Positions 9,570 to 23,310 of a DNA stretch of 64,000 nucleotides are shown here, piece after piece. Numbering within the stretch: the first letter of the stretch is position 1; each line of letters begins with the position of its first letter. The notes beneath the pieces are model-generated. The model was given only the letters and a program-made list of their open reading frames with translations. It searched no databases and was not told the origin of the DNA. Position numbers and translations under genes: made by a program. The stretch comes from Oikopleura dioica (Eukaryota > Animalia > Chordata): NCBI GenBank assembly GCA_907165135.1, contig OU015566.1, positions 124,001-188,000 on the forward strand, given 5' to 3'.

Positions 9570-11150
9570 ATAACGATGGCCATCGAAAAAAAAATTTTTT
9601 TTTGAATTTTTTTTCTGTTGGGTTTGAGAGGCTCAGTATCAACCAAAATGACGCTCCGAAGACGGCAGAAACGCTGCAAATAAAATTTGGGCAAAAACGA
9701 AATTTCAAAATTTTTACCTCGTTTTTGGGCGATTCATGATAACGATGACCATCGAAAAAAAAATTTTTTTTTTCTGTTGGGTTTGAGAGGCTCAGAATCA
9801 ACCAAAATGACGCTCGGAAGACGGCAGAAACGCTGCAAATAAAATTAGGGCAAAAAACGAAATTTCAAAATTTTAACCTCGTTTTTGGGCGATTCATGAT
9901 AACGATGGCCATCGAAAAAAAAATTTTTTTTTTTGAGTTTTTTTTCTGTTGGGTTTGAGAGGCTCAAGATCAACCAAAATGACGCTCGGAAGACGGCAGA
10001 AACGCTGCAAATAAAATTAGAGCAAATAACGAAATTTCAAAATTTTGACCTCGTTTTTGGACGATTCATGATAACGATGACCATCGAAAAAAAAATTTTT
10101 TTTTTTGAATTTTTTTTCTGCTGGGTTTGAGAGGCTCAGAATCAACCAAAATGACGCTCGGAAGACGGCAGAAACGCTGCAAATAAAATTAGGGCAAAAA
10201 ACGAAATTTCAAAATTTTAACCTCGTTTTTGGGCGATTCATGATAACGATGGCCATCGAAAAAAAAATTTTTTTTTTTGAATTTTTTTTCTGTTGGGTTT
10301 GAGAGGCTCAGAATCAACCAAAATGACGCTCGGAAGACGGCAGAAACGCTGCAAATAAAATAAGGGCAAAAAACGAAATTTCAAAATTTTGACCTCGTTT
10401 TTGGGCGATTCATGATAACGATGACCATCGAAAAAAAAATTTTTTTTTTTGAATTTTTTTTCTGTTGGGTTTGAGAGGCTCAGAATCAACCAAAATGACG
10501 CTCGGAAGACGGCAGAAACGCTGCAAATAAAATTAGGGCAAAAAACGAAATTTCAAAATTTTGACCTCGTTTTTGGGCGATTCATGATAACGATGACCAT
10601 CGAAAAAAAAATTTTTTTTTTTGAATTTTTTTTCTTTTGGGTTTGAGAGGCTCAAGATCAACCAAAATGACGCTCGGAAGACGGCAGAAACGCTGCAAAT
10701 AAAATTAGAGCAAATAACGAAATTTCAAAATTTTGACCTCGTTTTTGGGCGATTCATGATAACGATGACCATCGAAAAAAAAATTTTTTTTTTTGAATAT
10801 TTTTTCTGTTGGGTTTGAGAGGCTCAGAATCGACCAAAATGACGCTTGGAAGACGGCAGAAACGCTGCAAATAAAATTAGGGCAAAGAACGAAATTTCAA
10901 AATTTTGACCTCGTTTTTGGGCGATTCATGATAACGATGACCATCGAAAAAAAAATTTTTTTTTTGAATTTTTTTTCTGTTGGGTTTGAGAGGCTCAGTA
11001 TCAACCAAAATGACGCTCGGAAGACGGCAGAAACGCTGCAAATAAAATTTGGGCAAAAAACGAAATTTCAAAATTTTGACCTCGTTTTTGGGCGATTCAT
11101 GATAACGATGACCATCGACAAAAAATTTTTTTTTCGATGGCCATCGTTAT

Positions 11151-12424
11151 TGATATCCTTAGGGAACAACGCCTCAAGCAACACAAAAAATTTATTTCAC
11201 GGCCAAGTATTTACGTCAATTCGGTTCTACGTTGGTTTAAATTTGTCTTGTCAGCTTGGTATCACCAAATTGATCAGACATTTTTTCAAAAATCATTTCA
11301 CGATATTCTTCTCAAAATGAAAAGATGGTCAGTTTTTACGAGCCAGATTGACCCAAAATTGTCTTATCATCATGTCATCTCTTTACGATTTCTACTTTTA
11401 TCATTGGAATGCTCATATGCTCTCATCATAATCAACGGGTCGGAAACTAATTAAGGGTTTATTCAGTCTAGGATTAATGTGTATGTACGCATACTTTGGA
11501 AGAAATCTTAATTCGTTTCTGACTATTTTAGTGCGATCTGACGTCAATTCGCAAAACCGCATGTTTAATCTATTTATTGATATTTCTTATCATTGCTTTG
11601 CGATTTTAAAGTTCGATTATTGACAGTACATACGATTCAAGGTCTACAACAGAACAGCCGTCAACACCTTCTTCAACAACAACAACTCCAACGAGCAGAT
11701 AAACCGTCGTATCATCTCGGTGCCGTGAGGTCGGACAAACTCTCTGTCAGTGCGTCCGCTTGTCGCAAACTAGCTCATCCGTAAGAGAAGATACGGTGCG
11801 AACCGCGACAGTAACTTCCCCCGGGTATGTTCCTTGGAATTTGCTTCTTCTATGATTTCAATTTTGATAAATTTATTTTATAAAATCCTGACCAAATTTT
11901 ATTCAATTTATTTGTTAAAATTTTGTATATATTCTTTTACTTTTCTCATCCTTTATTTATTTCAATCATAATTAACAGTCACTTCTACGGTCACATAGTG
12001 AGAAGTTTAAGTGGCTGTTATTATTTTCTGCTTTTATTATAAAAAAATAATTAATTTGCGTTTTATCTCGTCACGCGCGGCGCCGGCTCCCGAAACCTTT
12101 GAAAATAACTTGCTTGGCAAGTTCGACCAGCTCCTCTTCCGAAAAGAAATCGATCCGAAAGGATTTCCCGCAAGAAAAACCGCTAAAAGAAGCCACGGGC
12201 TCTCTTCCTTGTTTTCGAAAGAAAAATTGTTTTTCAAAAACAACCGCTTGTTCAAAAACACTGATCGAAACTCGCTGCTATTTAACCCCGCGTCGCGCCT
12301 TTCTCCGTCATTCAAATCACAAATAAAACCACGCAAATTTAAAATTTGATTCTCGTTATTTTCGCTTGGCATTCTAGAGTAAGAGATCGAGCAAAATTCC
12401 TGCAGGACAGCCGCTTCCGTATCA
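11151..12424 (+). mobile_element. Solo LTR B' (inverted duplicate of B)
   Basis: Reverse complement of 8276-9569 with an 18-bp deletion and SNPs; TSD GTTAT on both sides; lies in an inverted satellite block (~11125-12890). Confidence 0.92.
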
Positions 12425-15123
12425 GTTATCATGAATCGCCCAAAAACGAGGTCAAAATTTTGAAATTTCGTTTTGCCCTAATTTTATTTGCAGCGTTTCT
12501 GCCGTCTTCCGAGCGTCATTTTGGTTGATTCTGAGCCTCTCAAACCCAACAGAAAAATATTCAAAAAAATTTTTCGATGGTCATCGTTGTCATGAATCGC
12601 CCAAAAACGAGGTCAAAATTTTGAAATTTCGTTTTTGCCCAAATTTTATTTGCAGCGTTTCTGTTGTCTTCCGAGCGTCATTTTGGTTGATTCTAAGCCT
12701 CTCAAACCTAACAGAAAAAAATTTTTCGATGGTCATCGTTATCATGAATCGCCCAAAAACGAGGTCAAAATTTTGAAAATTCGTTTTTGCTCTAATTTTA
12801 TTTGCAGCGTTTCTGCCGTTTTCGAGCGTCATTTTGGTTGATACTGAGCCTCTCAAACCCAACAGAAAAAAAATTCAAAAAAAAAATTTTTTTTTTTTGA
12901 AAAACTGTTGGGTTTGAGAGGCTCAGAATCAACCAAAATGACGCTCGGAAGACGGCAGAAACGCTGCAAATAAAATTAGGGCAAAAACGAAATTTCAAAA
13001 TTTTGACCTCGTTTTTGGGCGATTCATGATAACGATGGCCATCGAAAAAATTTTTTTGAATTTTTCTGTTGGGTTTGAGAGGCTCAGAATCAACCAAAAT
13101 GACGCTCGGAAGATGGCAGAAACGCTGCAAATAAAATTAGAGCAAAAACGAATTTTCAAAATTTTGACCTCGTTTTTGGGCGATTCATGATAACGATGAC
13201 CATCGAAAAATTTTTTTGAATTTTTTCTGTTGGGTTTGAGAGGCTCAGAATCAACCAAAATGACGCTCGGAAGACGGCAGAAACGCTGCAAATAAAATTA
13301 GGGCAAAAACAAAATTTCAAAATTTTGACCTCGTTTTTGGGCGATTCATGATAACGATGACCATCGAAAAAATTTTTTTGAATTTTTTTCTGTTGGGTTT
13401 GAGAGGCTAAGAATCAACCAAAATGACGCTCGGAAGACGGCAGAAACGTTGCAAATAAAATTAGGGCAAAAAACGAAATTTCAAAATTTTGACCTCGTTT
13501 TTGGGCGATTCATGATAACGATGACCATCGAAAAAAATTTTTTAAATTTTTTGTTGGGTTTGAGAGGCTCAGAATCAACAAAAATGACGCTCGGAAGACG
13601 GCAGAAACGCTGCAAATAAAATTAGGGCAAAAAACGAAATTTCAAAATTTTGACCTCGTTTTTGGGCGATTCATGATAACGATGGCCATCGAAAAAAAAA
13701 TTTTTTTTTTGAGTTTTTTTTCTGTTGGGTTTGAGAGGCTCAAGATCAACCAAAATGACGCTCGGAAGACGGCAGAAACGCTGCAAATAAAATTAGGGCA
13801 AAAAACGAAATTTCAAAATTTTGACCTCGTTTTTGGGCGATTCATAATAACGATGACCATCGAAAAAAAAATTTTTTTTTTTTGAATTTTTTTTCTGTTG
13901 GGTTTGAGAGGCTCAGAATCAACCAAAATGACGCTCGGAAGACGGCAGAAACGCTGCAAATAAAATTAGGGCAAAAAACGAAATTTCAAAATTTTGACCT
14001 CGTTTTTGGGCGATTCATGATAACGATGGCCATCGAAAAAAAAATTTTTTTTTTTGAGTTTTTTTTCTGTTGGGTTTGAGAGGCTCAAGATCAACCAAAA
14101 TGACGCTCGGAAGACGGCAGAAACGCTGCGAATAAAATTAGAGCAAATAACGAAATTTCAAAATTTTGACCTCGTTTTTGGGCGATTCATAATAACGATG
14201 ACCATCAAAAAAAAATTTTTTTTTTGAATATTTTTTCTGTTGGGTTTGAGAGGCTCAGAATCAACCAAAATGACGCTCGGAAGACGGCAGAAACGCTGCA
14301 AATAAAATTAGAGCAAAAAACGAATTTTCAAAATTTTGACCTCATTTTTGGACGCTCGGAAGACGGCAGAAACGCTGCAAATAAAATTAGGGCAAAAAAC
14401 GAAATTTCAAAATTTTGACCTCGTTTTTGGGCGATTCATGATAACGATGACCATCGAAAAAAAAATTTTTTTTTTGAATTTTTTTTCTGTTGGGTTTGAG
14501 AGGCTCAGTATCAACCAAAATGACGCTCGGAAGACGGCAGAAACGCTGCAAATAAAATTAGGGCAAAAAACGAAATTTCAAAATTTTGACCTCGTTTTTG
14601 GGCGATTCATGATAACGATGACCATCGAAAAAAAAATTTTTTTTCTGTTGGGTTTGAGAGGCTCAGAATCAACCAAAATGACGCTCGGAAGACGGCAGAA
14701 ACGCTGCAAATAAAATTAGGGCAAAAAACGAAATTTCAAAATTTTGACCTCGTTTTTGGGCGATTCATGATAACGATGGCCATCGAAAAAAAAATTTTTT
14801 TTTTGAATTTTTTTTCTGTTGGGTTTAAGAGGCTCAGTATCAACCAAAATGACGCTCGGAAGACGGCAGAAACGCTGCAAATAAAATAAGAGCAAAAAAC
14901 GAATTTTCAAAATTTTGACCTCGTTTTTGGGCGATTCATGATAACGATGACCATCGAAAAAAAAATTTTGTTTTTTGAATTTTTTTTCTGTTGGGTTTGA
15001 GAGGCTCAGAATCAACCAAAATGACGCTCGGAAGACGGCAGAAACGCTGCAAATAAAATTAGGGCAAAAAACGAAATTTCAAAATTTTGACCTCGTTTTT
15101 GGGCGATTCATGATAACGATGAC

Positions 15124-16031
15124 CAGGGTGTCAAAACGCGGGGGATTTTGATGGGATCGCGCGCCACAGCGCCATTTCGATCCCACGGTGTAAGGGATCG
15201 CCTCGCAGCGAGAGGCAACGAGAAGGGAGCGCTCACAAAAACAAAGGGATCGCGTCGATCCCTTCGCGCGTGGGATATCCCTTCGGGCAAGGGATCGAAA
15301 ATTTCCGAGATCGAGCGAACCTTGTAAACAGTCAATTACTGAAAATTGAGCGTAATATGCATACCATGGAGTTGAGCTCTAAGGGGAGATCGAGAATCTG
15401 AACTCTGAATAATGCACTGACTTTTTCAGTAGCTCATTCTGTGCGGTAAATCCCATCGAAACCGTCATATCTCGTGAACTAGATTAGATCTGTTTAGATC
15501 AGCATCCTATAATTAACTAAAAAGATCTTTTAGGGAGCCCAAAAAGCATTAGCGCGCCAGAATCTCAGTGGGTGCTTAGTGTGACCCAGTATACGACATC
15601 AGATGCAAATCATACCGGGTGATTAACACAGAGTTCCCGAAAGCATTAAGCTTCAAATTTTCACAGTGAATTTAGGATTTATATAAGCTAATGTCCCGAA
15701 AACACAGTTCGGTATAGAATCATTTTCGTTGAAAGTCAATAATCTTATGCAAAACGTTAGTTTTTATATATAACAATAAGTAATTCATATCCAATAATTT
15801 TTAATTCCTCAAAGATTTATTATAAATCAGTAATTTTAGCATGTAATAATTATTATTCTTGAAGTTCAAAATTTGAAAATCTCCGTCAGCGCCAAAAGCG
15901 CTAGGTTTGGCGCTCTGGCTCCCGCGATCCCTTCTCGTTCAAAAGGCGCGCGAGCGATCCCTTCGCTCCTGGGATCGAGCGTAGGCGTTTTTTGGCGATC
16001 CCTTCTCGATCCCCCGCGATTCGACACCCTG
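15124..16031. mobile_element. Non-autonomous hAT-type DNA transposon (908 bp)
   Basis: TIR CAGGGTGTC(AAAA/GAAT)CGCGGGGGAT, 8-bp TSD ACGATGAC, many subterminal GGGATCG motifs pointing inward from both ends; no transposase. Confidence 0.9.
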
Positions 16032-17600
16032 ACGATGACCATCGAAAAAAAATTTTTTTTTTTTGAATTTTTTTTCTGTTAGGTTTGAGAGGCTCAGAAT
16101 CAACCAAAATGACGCTCGGAAGACGGCAGAAACGCTGCAAATAAAATTAGGGCAAAAAACGTTATTTCAAAATTTTGACCTCGTTTTTGGGCGATTCATG
16201 ATAACGATGACCATCGAAAAAAAAATTTTTTTTTTTGAATTTTTTTTCTTTTGGGTTTGAGAGGCTCAAGATCAACCAAAATGACGCTCGGAAGACGGCA
16301 GAAACGCTGCGAATAAAATTAGAGCAAATAACGAAATTTCAAAATTTTGACCTCGTTTTTGGGCGATTCATAATAACGATGACCATCAAAAAAATTTTTT
16401 GAATATTTTCTGTTGGGTTTGAGAGGCTCAGAATCAACCAAAATGACGCTCGGAAGACGGCAGAAACGCTGCAAATAAAATTAGAGCAAAAAACGAATTT
16501 TCAAAATTTTGACCTCATTTTTGGACGCTCGGAAGACGGCAGAAACGCTGCAAATAAAATTAGGGCAAAAAACGAAATTTCAAAATTTTGACCTCGTTTT
16601 TGGGCGATTCATGATAACGATGACCATCGAAAAAAAAATTTTTTTTTTGAATTTTTTTTCTGTTGGGTTTGAGAGGCTCAGTATCAACCAAAATGACGCT
16701 CGGAAGACGGCAGAAACGCTGCAAATAAAATTAGGGCAAAAAACGAAATTTCAAAATTTTGACCTCGTTTTTGGGCGATTCATGATAACGATGACCATCG
16801 AAAAAAAAATTTTTTTTCTGTTGGGTTTGAGAGGCTCAGAATCAACCAAAATGACGCTCGGAAGACGGCAGAAACGCTGCAAATAAAATTAGGGCAAAAA
16901 ACGAAATTTCAAAATTTTGACCTCGTTTTTGGGCGATTCATGATAACGATGGCCATCGAAAAAAAAATTTTTTTTTTGAATTTTTTTTCTGTTGGGTTTA
17001 AGAGGCTCAGTATCAACCAAAATGACGCTCGGAAGACGGCAGAAACGCTGCAAATAAAATAAGAGCAAAAAACGAATTTTCAAAATTTTGACCTCGTTTT
17101 TGGGCGATTCATGATAACGATGACCATCGAAAAAAAAATTTTGTTTTTTGAATTTTTTTTCTGTTGGGTTTGAGAGGCTCAGAATCAACCAAAATGACGC
17201 TCGGAAGACGGCAGAAACGCTGCAAATAAAATTAGGGCAAAAAACGAAATTTCAAAATTTTGACCTCGTTTTTGGGCGATTCATGATAACGATGACCATC
17301 GAAAAAAAATTTTTTTTTTTTGAATTTTTTTTCTGTTAGGTTTGAGAGGCTCAGAATCAACCAAAATGACGCTCGGAAGACGGCAGAAACGCTGCAAATA
17401 AAATTAGGGCAAAAAACGTTATTTCAAAATTTTGACCTCGTTTTTGGGCGATTCATGATAACGATGACCATCGAAAAAAAAATTTTTTTTTTTGAATTTT
17501 TTTTCTTTTGGGTTTGAGAGGCTCAAGATCAACCAAAATGACGCTCGGAAGACGGCAGAAACGCTGCAAATAAAATAAGAGCAAATAACGAAATTTCAAA

Positions 17601-20187
17601 ATTTTGACGTCGTTTTTGGGCGATTCATGATAACGATGACCATCGAAAAAATTTTTTTTTTTGGATTATTTTTCTGTTGGTTTTGAGAAGCTCAGAATCA
17701 ACCAAAATGACGCTCGGAAGACGGCAGACACGCTGCAAATAGAATAAGGGCAAAGAACGGGGTTTCAAAATTTTGATCTCGTTTTTGGGCGATTCATGAT
17801 AACGATGACCATCGAAAAAAAGAAATTTTTTTTAATTTTTTTTCTGTTCGTTTGGAGAGGCTCAAAATCAACCAAAATGACGCTCAGAAGACAACAAAAA
17901 CAATGCAAATTAAATTAAGGCAAAAAACGAAGTTTTAAAATTTTGACCTCGTTTTGGGCGATTCATGATAACGATGACCATCGAAAAAAAATTTTTATTT
18001 ATGAATTTTTTTTCTGTTGGTTTTAAGAGGCTCTGAATCAACCAAAATGACGCTTGGAAAACGGCAGAAACGCTGCAAATAAAATAAGGGCAAAAAACGA
18101 AGTTTCAAGATTTTGACCTCGTTTTGAGCGATTCATGATAACGATGACCATCGAAAAAAATTTTTATTTTTTAATTTTTTTTTCTGTTGGTTTTGAGAGG
18201 CTCAGAATTAACCAAAATGACGCTTGGAAGATGGCAGAAACAATGCAAATAAAATGAGGGCAAAAAACGAAGTTTCAAAATTTTGACCTCGTTTTTGGGC
18301 GATTCATGAAAACGATGACCATCGAAAAAAGAATTTTTTTTTTGGATTTTTTTCTGTTGGTTTTGAGAAGCTCAGAATCAACCAAAATGACGCTTGGAAG
18401 ACGGCAGAAACGCTGCAAATAAAATTAGAGCAAAAAACGAAGCTTCAAAATTTTGACCTCGTTTTTGGGCGATTCATGATAACGATGACCATCGATAAAA
18501 AGAAATTTTTTTTATAATTTTTTTTTCTGTTGGTTTTGAGAGGCTCAAAATCAACCAAAATGACGCTCGGAGGACGGCAGAAACGCTGCAAATAAAATTA
18601 GGGCAAAAAACGAAATTTCAAAATTTTGACGTCGTTTTTGGGCGATTCATGATAACGATGACCATCGAAAAAAGAATTTTTTTTTTGGATTTTTTTCTGT
18701 TAGTTTTAAGAGGCTCTGAATCAACCAAAATGACGCTTGGAAAACGGCAGAAACGCTGCAAATAAAATAAGGGCAAAAAACGAAGTTTCAAAATTCTGAC
18801 CTCGTTTTTGGGCGATTCATGATAACGATGACCATCGAAAAAATTTTTTTTTTTTGGATTATTTTTCTGTTGGTTTTGAGAAGCTCAGAATCAACCAAAA
18901 TGACGCTCGGAAGACGGCAGACACGCTGCAAATAAAATAAGGGCAAAGAACGAAGTTTCAAAATTTTGACCTCGTTTTGGGCGATTCATGATAACGATGA
19001 CCATCGAAAAAAAATTTTTATTTTTGAATTTTTTTTCTGTTGGTTTTTAGAGGCTCTGAATCAACCAAAATGACGCTTGGAAAACGGCAGAAACGCTGCA
19101 AATAAAATAAGAGCAAAAAACGAAGTTTCAAAATTTTGACCTCGTTTTGGGAGATTCATGATAACGATGACCATCGAAAAAAATTTTTATTTTTTAATTT
19201 TTTTTTCTGTTGGTTTTGAGAGGCTCAGAATCAACGAAAATGACGCTTGGAAGACGGCAGAAACGCTGCAAATAAAATAAGGGCAAAAAACGAAATTTCA
19301 AAATTTTGACCTCGTTTTTGGGCGATTCATGATAACGATGACCATCGAAAAAAGAATTTTTTTTTTGGATTTTTTTCTGTTGGTTTTGAGAGGCTCAGAA
19401 TCAACCAAAATAACGCTCGGAAGACGGCAGAAACGCTGCAAATAAAATTAGAGCAAAAAACGAAGCTTCGAAATTTTGACCTCGTTTTTGGGCGATTCAT
19501 GATAACGATGACCATCGAAAAAAAATTTTTTTTTGAATTTTTTTTCTGTTTGTTTTGAGAGGTTCTGAATCAACCAAAATGACGCTTGGAAAACGGCAGA
19601 AACGCTGCAAATAAAATTAGGGCAAAAAACGAAGTTTCAAAATTTTGACCTCGTTTTGGGCGATTCATGATAACGATGACCATCGAAAAAAAATTTTTAT
19701 ATTTGAATTTTTTTCTGTTGGTTTTGAGAGGCTCAGAATCAACCAAAATAACGCTCGGAAGACGGCAGAAACGCTGCAAATAAAATTAGGGCAAAATACG
19801 AAATTTCAAAATTTTGACCTCGTTTTTAGGCGATTCATGATAACGATGACCATCGAAAAAAGAATTTTTTTTTTGGATTTTTTTCTGTTGGTTTTGAGAA
19901 ACTCAGAATCAACCAAAATGACGCTTGGAAGACGGCAGAAACGCTGCAAATAAAATAAGAGCAAAAAACGAAGCTTCAAAATTTTGACCTCGTTTTTTGG
20001 AGATTCATGATAACGATAACCATCGATAAAAAGAAATTTTTTTTTTAATTTTTTTTTCTGTTGGTTTTGAGAGGCTCAAAATCAACCAAAATGACGCTCA
20101 GACGGCAAAAACAATGCAAATATAATTAGAACAAAAAACGAAATTTCAAAATTTTGACCTCGTTTTTGGGCGATTCATGATAACGAT
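17601..20187 (+). repeat. Satellite array, subfamily 2 (CTGTTGGTTTTGAG / GAAGTTTC type)
   Basis: Diagnostic changes from ~17600 onward; same variant type as 31942-50065. Confidence 0.9.
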
Positions 20188-23100
20188 TGATGCCGATTAA
20201 CTGCAAATCTCTCTAAGCTAGAATTCCTGCTGAAGAATGAGGCCAAAATACGAAACGTGGCTGTATTATTTTTGGTTTGAAGAGAGTGATTTCCAAATTT
20301 CCAAATTTTCAATTTTGCATTTCGCGCAGGTGCTTTCATTTCCAAATAAGGCGCAGCGCATTTCGCGCCGCTGTTTTTCTTTCCAAATATGGTGAAGCGC
20401 TTTCGCGCATTTGTTTTTCTTCGTTGATTTCAATTTCGCTTCAACAGCCACGTTCGCTTCGAATTTTATCGCAAAAATTCAATTTTATCAATAAGTTCAA
20501 TTTCCAACTATGTTGCCATATCCCTTATCGATAAAAATCCTTTTCGTTAAAATGTTTACCAAAGCCAGTTCCATATTCGTTGTCAGTCCATTGCGTGATC
20601 GTTGTCGTTGAAGAAGAAGTCGCCGCCATTGTTGAAGCTGCAGTTTTGTCGGTTTTGAGGAGAATGGTCAGTTTCCCCTAAAGCGAGCCAAAAAGGTGTT
20701 CAATCAATTTTGCCTACCAGGAGCACTTACAGACAGCGCCATCCCGAGGAGCACGGGGTCACACTGTCAAGCCGCGCAAAGCGGAACTCAGCTAGAGGAT
20801 GAAAGTATCATGCAACAGCTTCGAAGTAGTTGAAGAAGAATACCAGTTGAATAGTCCAATTGTCGAGAAGATGTCGTCGTTTGAAATCATAGAAGAGTCA
20901 GCTTGATCCATCAAATAATATTTACCAGAGCAGAATATTGAAAAGAGATTGTGAGCACTAGAATTTTTTAACAAAAACCGTCGAAACGGGTGGCTAATGT
21001 GCCTTTTGTGAGTGTGAAATAACGCGTACGTTATGAAAAATAGAGATTTTATGAACTCATGCATTATCCGAGATTTGGCTCCAAAATCATCAGAACAATT
21101 TAACCGTGAATTTCATGCTCGATCAACCTAATTGGCGTAAAATAATTTGTGAGAGATAAATTCAATTTTAATTTTTATTTGTCTTAGTTCTTTCCCGTAT
21201 TCGTATCAGTATGACCCGTCATGGGTTTCTTTTTTTGGTGGAGCATCTTTTTGGGCAAGAACAAATTGAATTTTAGATATCAGGTCCGAATATTAGTTCA
21301 TTGTTTTTTTTCGGATGATTCGGATATAATTTTTCAAAAGCAGTTGTGATAAATAATATCATTTCCGATTTGTTTTGCAGACTACATTTAGGCAAGTTAT
21401 ACTCAGCCATAAGAACTTTGAGCTCAGACTTTGTCAGATCAAAAAGAGTTTTTTCCTTTTTCAAATTTAATATTGAAAAGAATAATAATTCGCCGCATGC
21501 ATTTTTACGCCAATTAGGGTGATTTTTCCAAACATACTCTCTGATTTTAATTCTTAGATCTGAAATTGTTTCTGTCGTCAAGAAATCGACCTCAAACTTA
21601 TGCAAGATATATCTTAAGGCTTCTTTTGTAAGTTCTCCCAACTTCAAGATGCACCCGTTTTCTATAACCATATCCTCCCTGATTTCCTCAACTCTCGCTT
21701 CAATTCTCTCGAAAAAATCTTGATGCTCATTTTGAAATTTAAATGCTATTGAAATATTAAAATTTGGCTCACAATCCATCTCCGAACAATTTTGAGGCTC
21801 CTCGCTAGCTATTTTATCGGCTTCTAAATTTGGAATTTTAGAGCAAGGAACAGAATCCGCGGATGATTCCCTATCACGTTTCCGATTCGCTGAAATGTCT
21901 AATTTATCATAAGAGATAAGCGGTTCTTGATTATCAGTTAAAAAATTTTCGTGAACTGTTTCTGTTTCTACTGTCGAAAAGTCCTCATCAAGAGTTATTT
22001 CCCAATGCGAATTTGTATCAATTTCCCACTCAGAATCCGAGGAATTCACAGATCCTACAAATGGAAAATCATCTGGTTTAGGAATAGCGTCGAAAATTAC
22101 CGAGTTTTCAGGCTCAGTGTTAATATGCTCATTTTCAATTATTGATACACAAGAGCTTTCTTCAGACGAAGATTCCATAGATTCCAGTGTATCAATAATC
22201 CAATCTGTGCAAATATTATCAAAGACTTGTTCAACAAGTAAATCAACTATTTTGTCATATCTTTTTTCGATTTCTTTCTCTTCCGATGAAATCGGCGAAC
22301 TAATACAGAACCCATTCGAGAAAGACTCAGGCTCACAAAAAATATTTTTTTTTGGATCAGAAAAACTGCTTTGAACTTCGGGGAAAATAACAGGGGCCTC
22401 AAAATCTTGCAATTCTTCCTTCCTGACATTAAATTTTCTCAAATGATCTGCATGTCGTCTATATTCTTTGTTTTCAGACTCGACCGTATACCACGTTCCC
22501 TCTTTTGATTTACTTTTAATCTTGTACGGACCCAGAAAAGCGGGTTTCTTTGCATCAAAATTTTTAATAAGAACAAAATCATCAATTTGGTAAGGGGAGA
22601 ATTTTGAATTTGAAAATTTTTCTAGCCGCTTTTGCTTTTCTTCATCGATTAAAATTTTGATATCTTCGAAATTAATGTCAATTTTTTGATACGGGGCCCT
22701 AAAATTTGGATCAAAAATATCGTGAGTGTTTTTTACACCCATTTGAAGCGAATAAGGGGAAGTTTTAGTCACTGAATGTTCAGATGTATTTAGATCGTGA
22801 ACGATTTCTTGAAGAAAGCAGTCCCAGTTAACAAAATTACAGCGAGCACGAAGCCTACTTTTGAGAGTTCTATTGAAATTTTCGACTTGCCCATTTGAGG
22901 ACGGATGTCTTGGGGGTGTAAAATGGGGTTCAATCTTGCTTTCTTTCATGAATTTTTCAAGTTCAGAATGTTTGCGTGCATTGTCAAGAACAACAATTTT
23001 GGGAAAAACTGGGTTTTTAAAAATTACACTTTTAAATTTTTCAAGAAAATTTTTTGAATTTCGTGATTCCAAGGGCTCACAATAGCCGAATTTTGAGAAA

Positions 23101-23310
23101 AAATCAATCATGACCATAACGTACTTATTCCCAAAATCAGTTGGAGGGAGTGTAATAAGGTCGAATCCAAAAACTTCGAATGGTCCGTCCGGTGTTTTAA
23201 AAGTCAGAATCGGTGCTCTATTGGGGTGAAAATTCGGCTTGTCTTTTTGACAAAAAGAACATGTTCTAACAAACTCTTTTATTGCATTCCGCATTCTAGG
23301 CCAGATATAT
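20188..23310 (-). mobile_element. Element D: 3' half (integrase, extension, 3' LTR 20188-21208) of a split LTR retrotransposon
   Basis: LTR ~99% identical to 50066-51086; flank ACGAT; pol homology to element A begins abruptly at YIWPRM (~23310). Confidence 0.92.
21273..23310 (-). pseudogene. pol: 5'-truncated pol: integrase core and C-terminal extension
   Basis: CSFC half of the zinc finger, FDLI/LDNA/VENFN catalytic motifs, GPY motif, tandem helical repeats; still an open frame. Confidence 0.9.

Larger units (their letters stand above)
7933..17600 (+). repeat. Satellite array, subfamily 1 (~172 bp, CTGTTGGGTTTGAGAG type), interrupted by insertions and a local inversion
   Basis: Monomer starts recur at 10082, 10254, 10426; most length variation is in the An/Tn tract. 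Confidence 0.95.
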
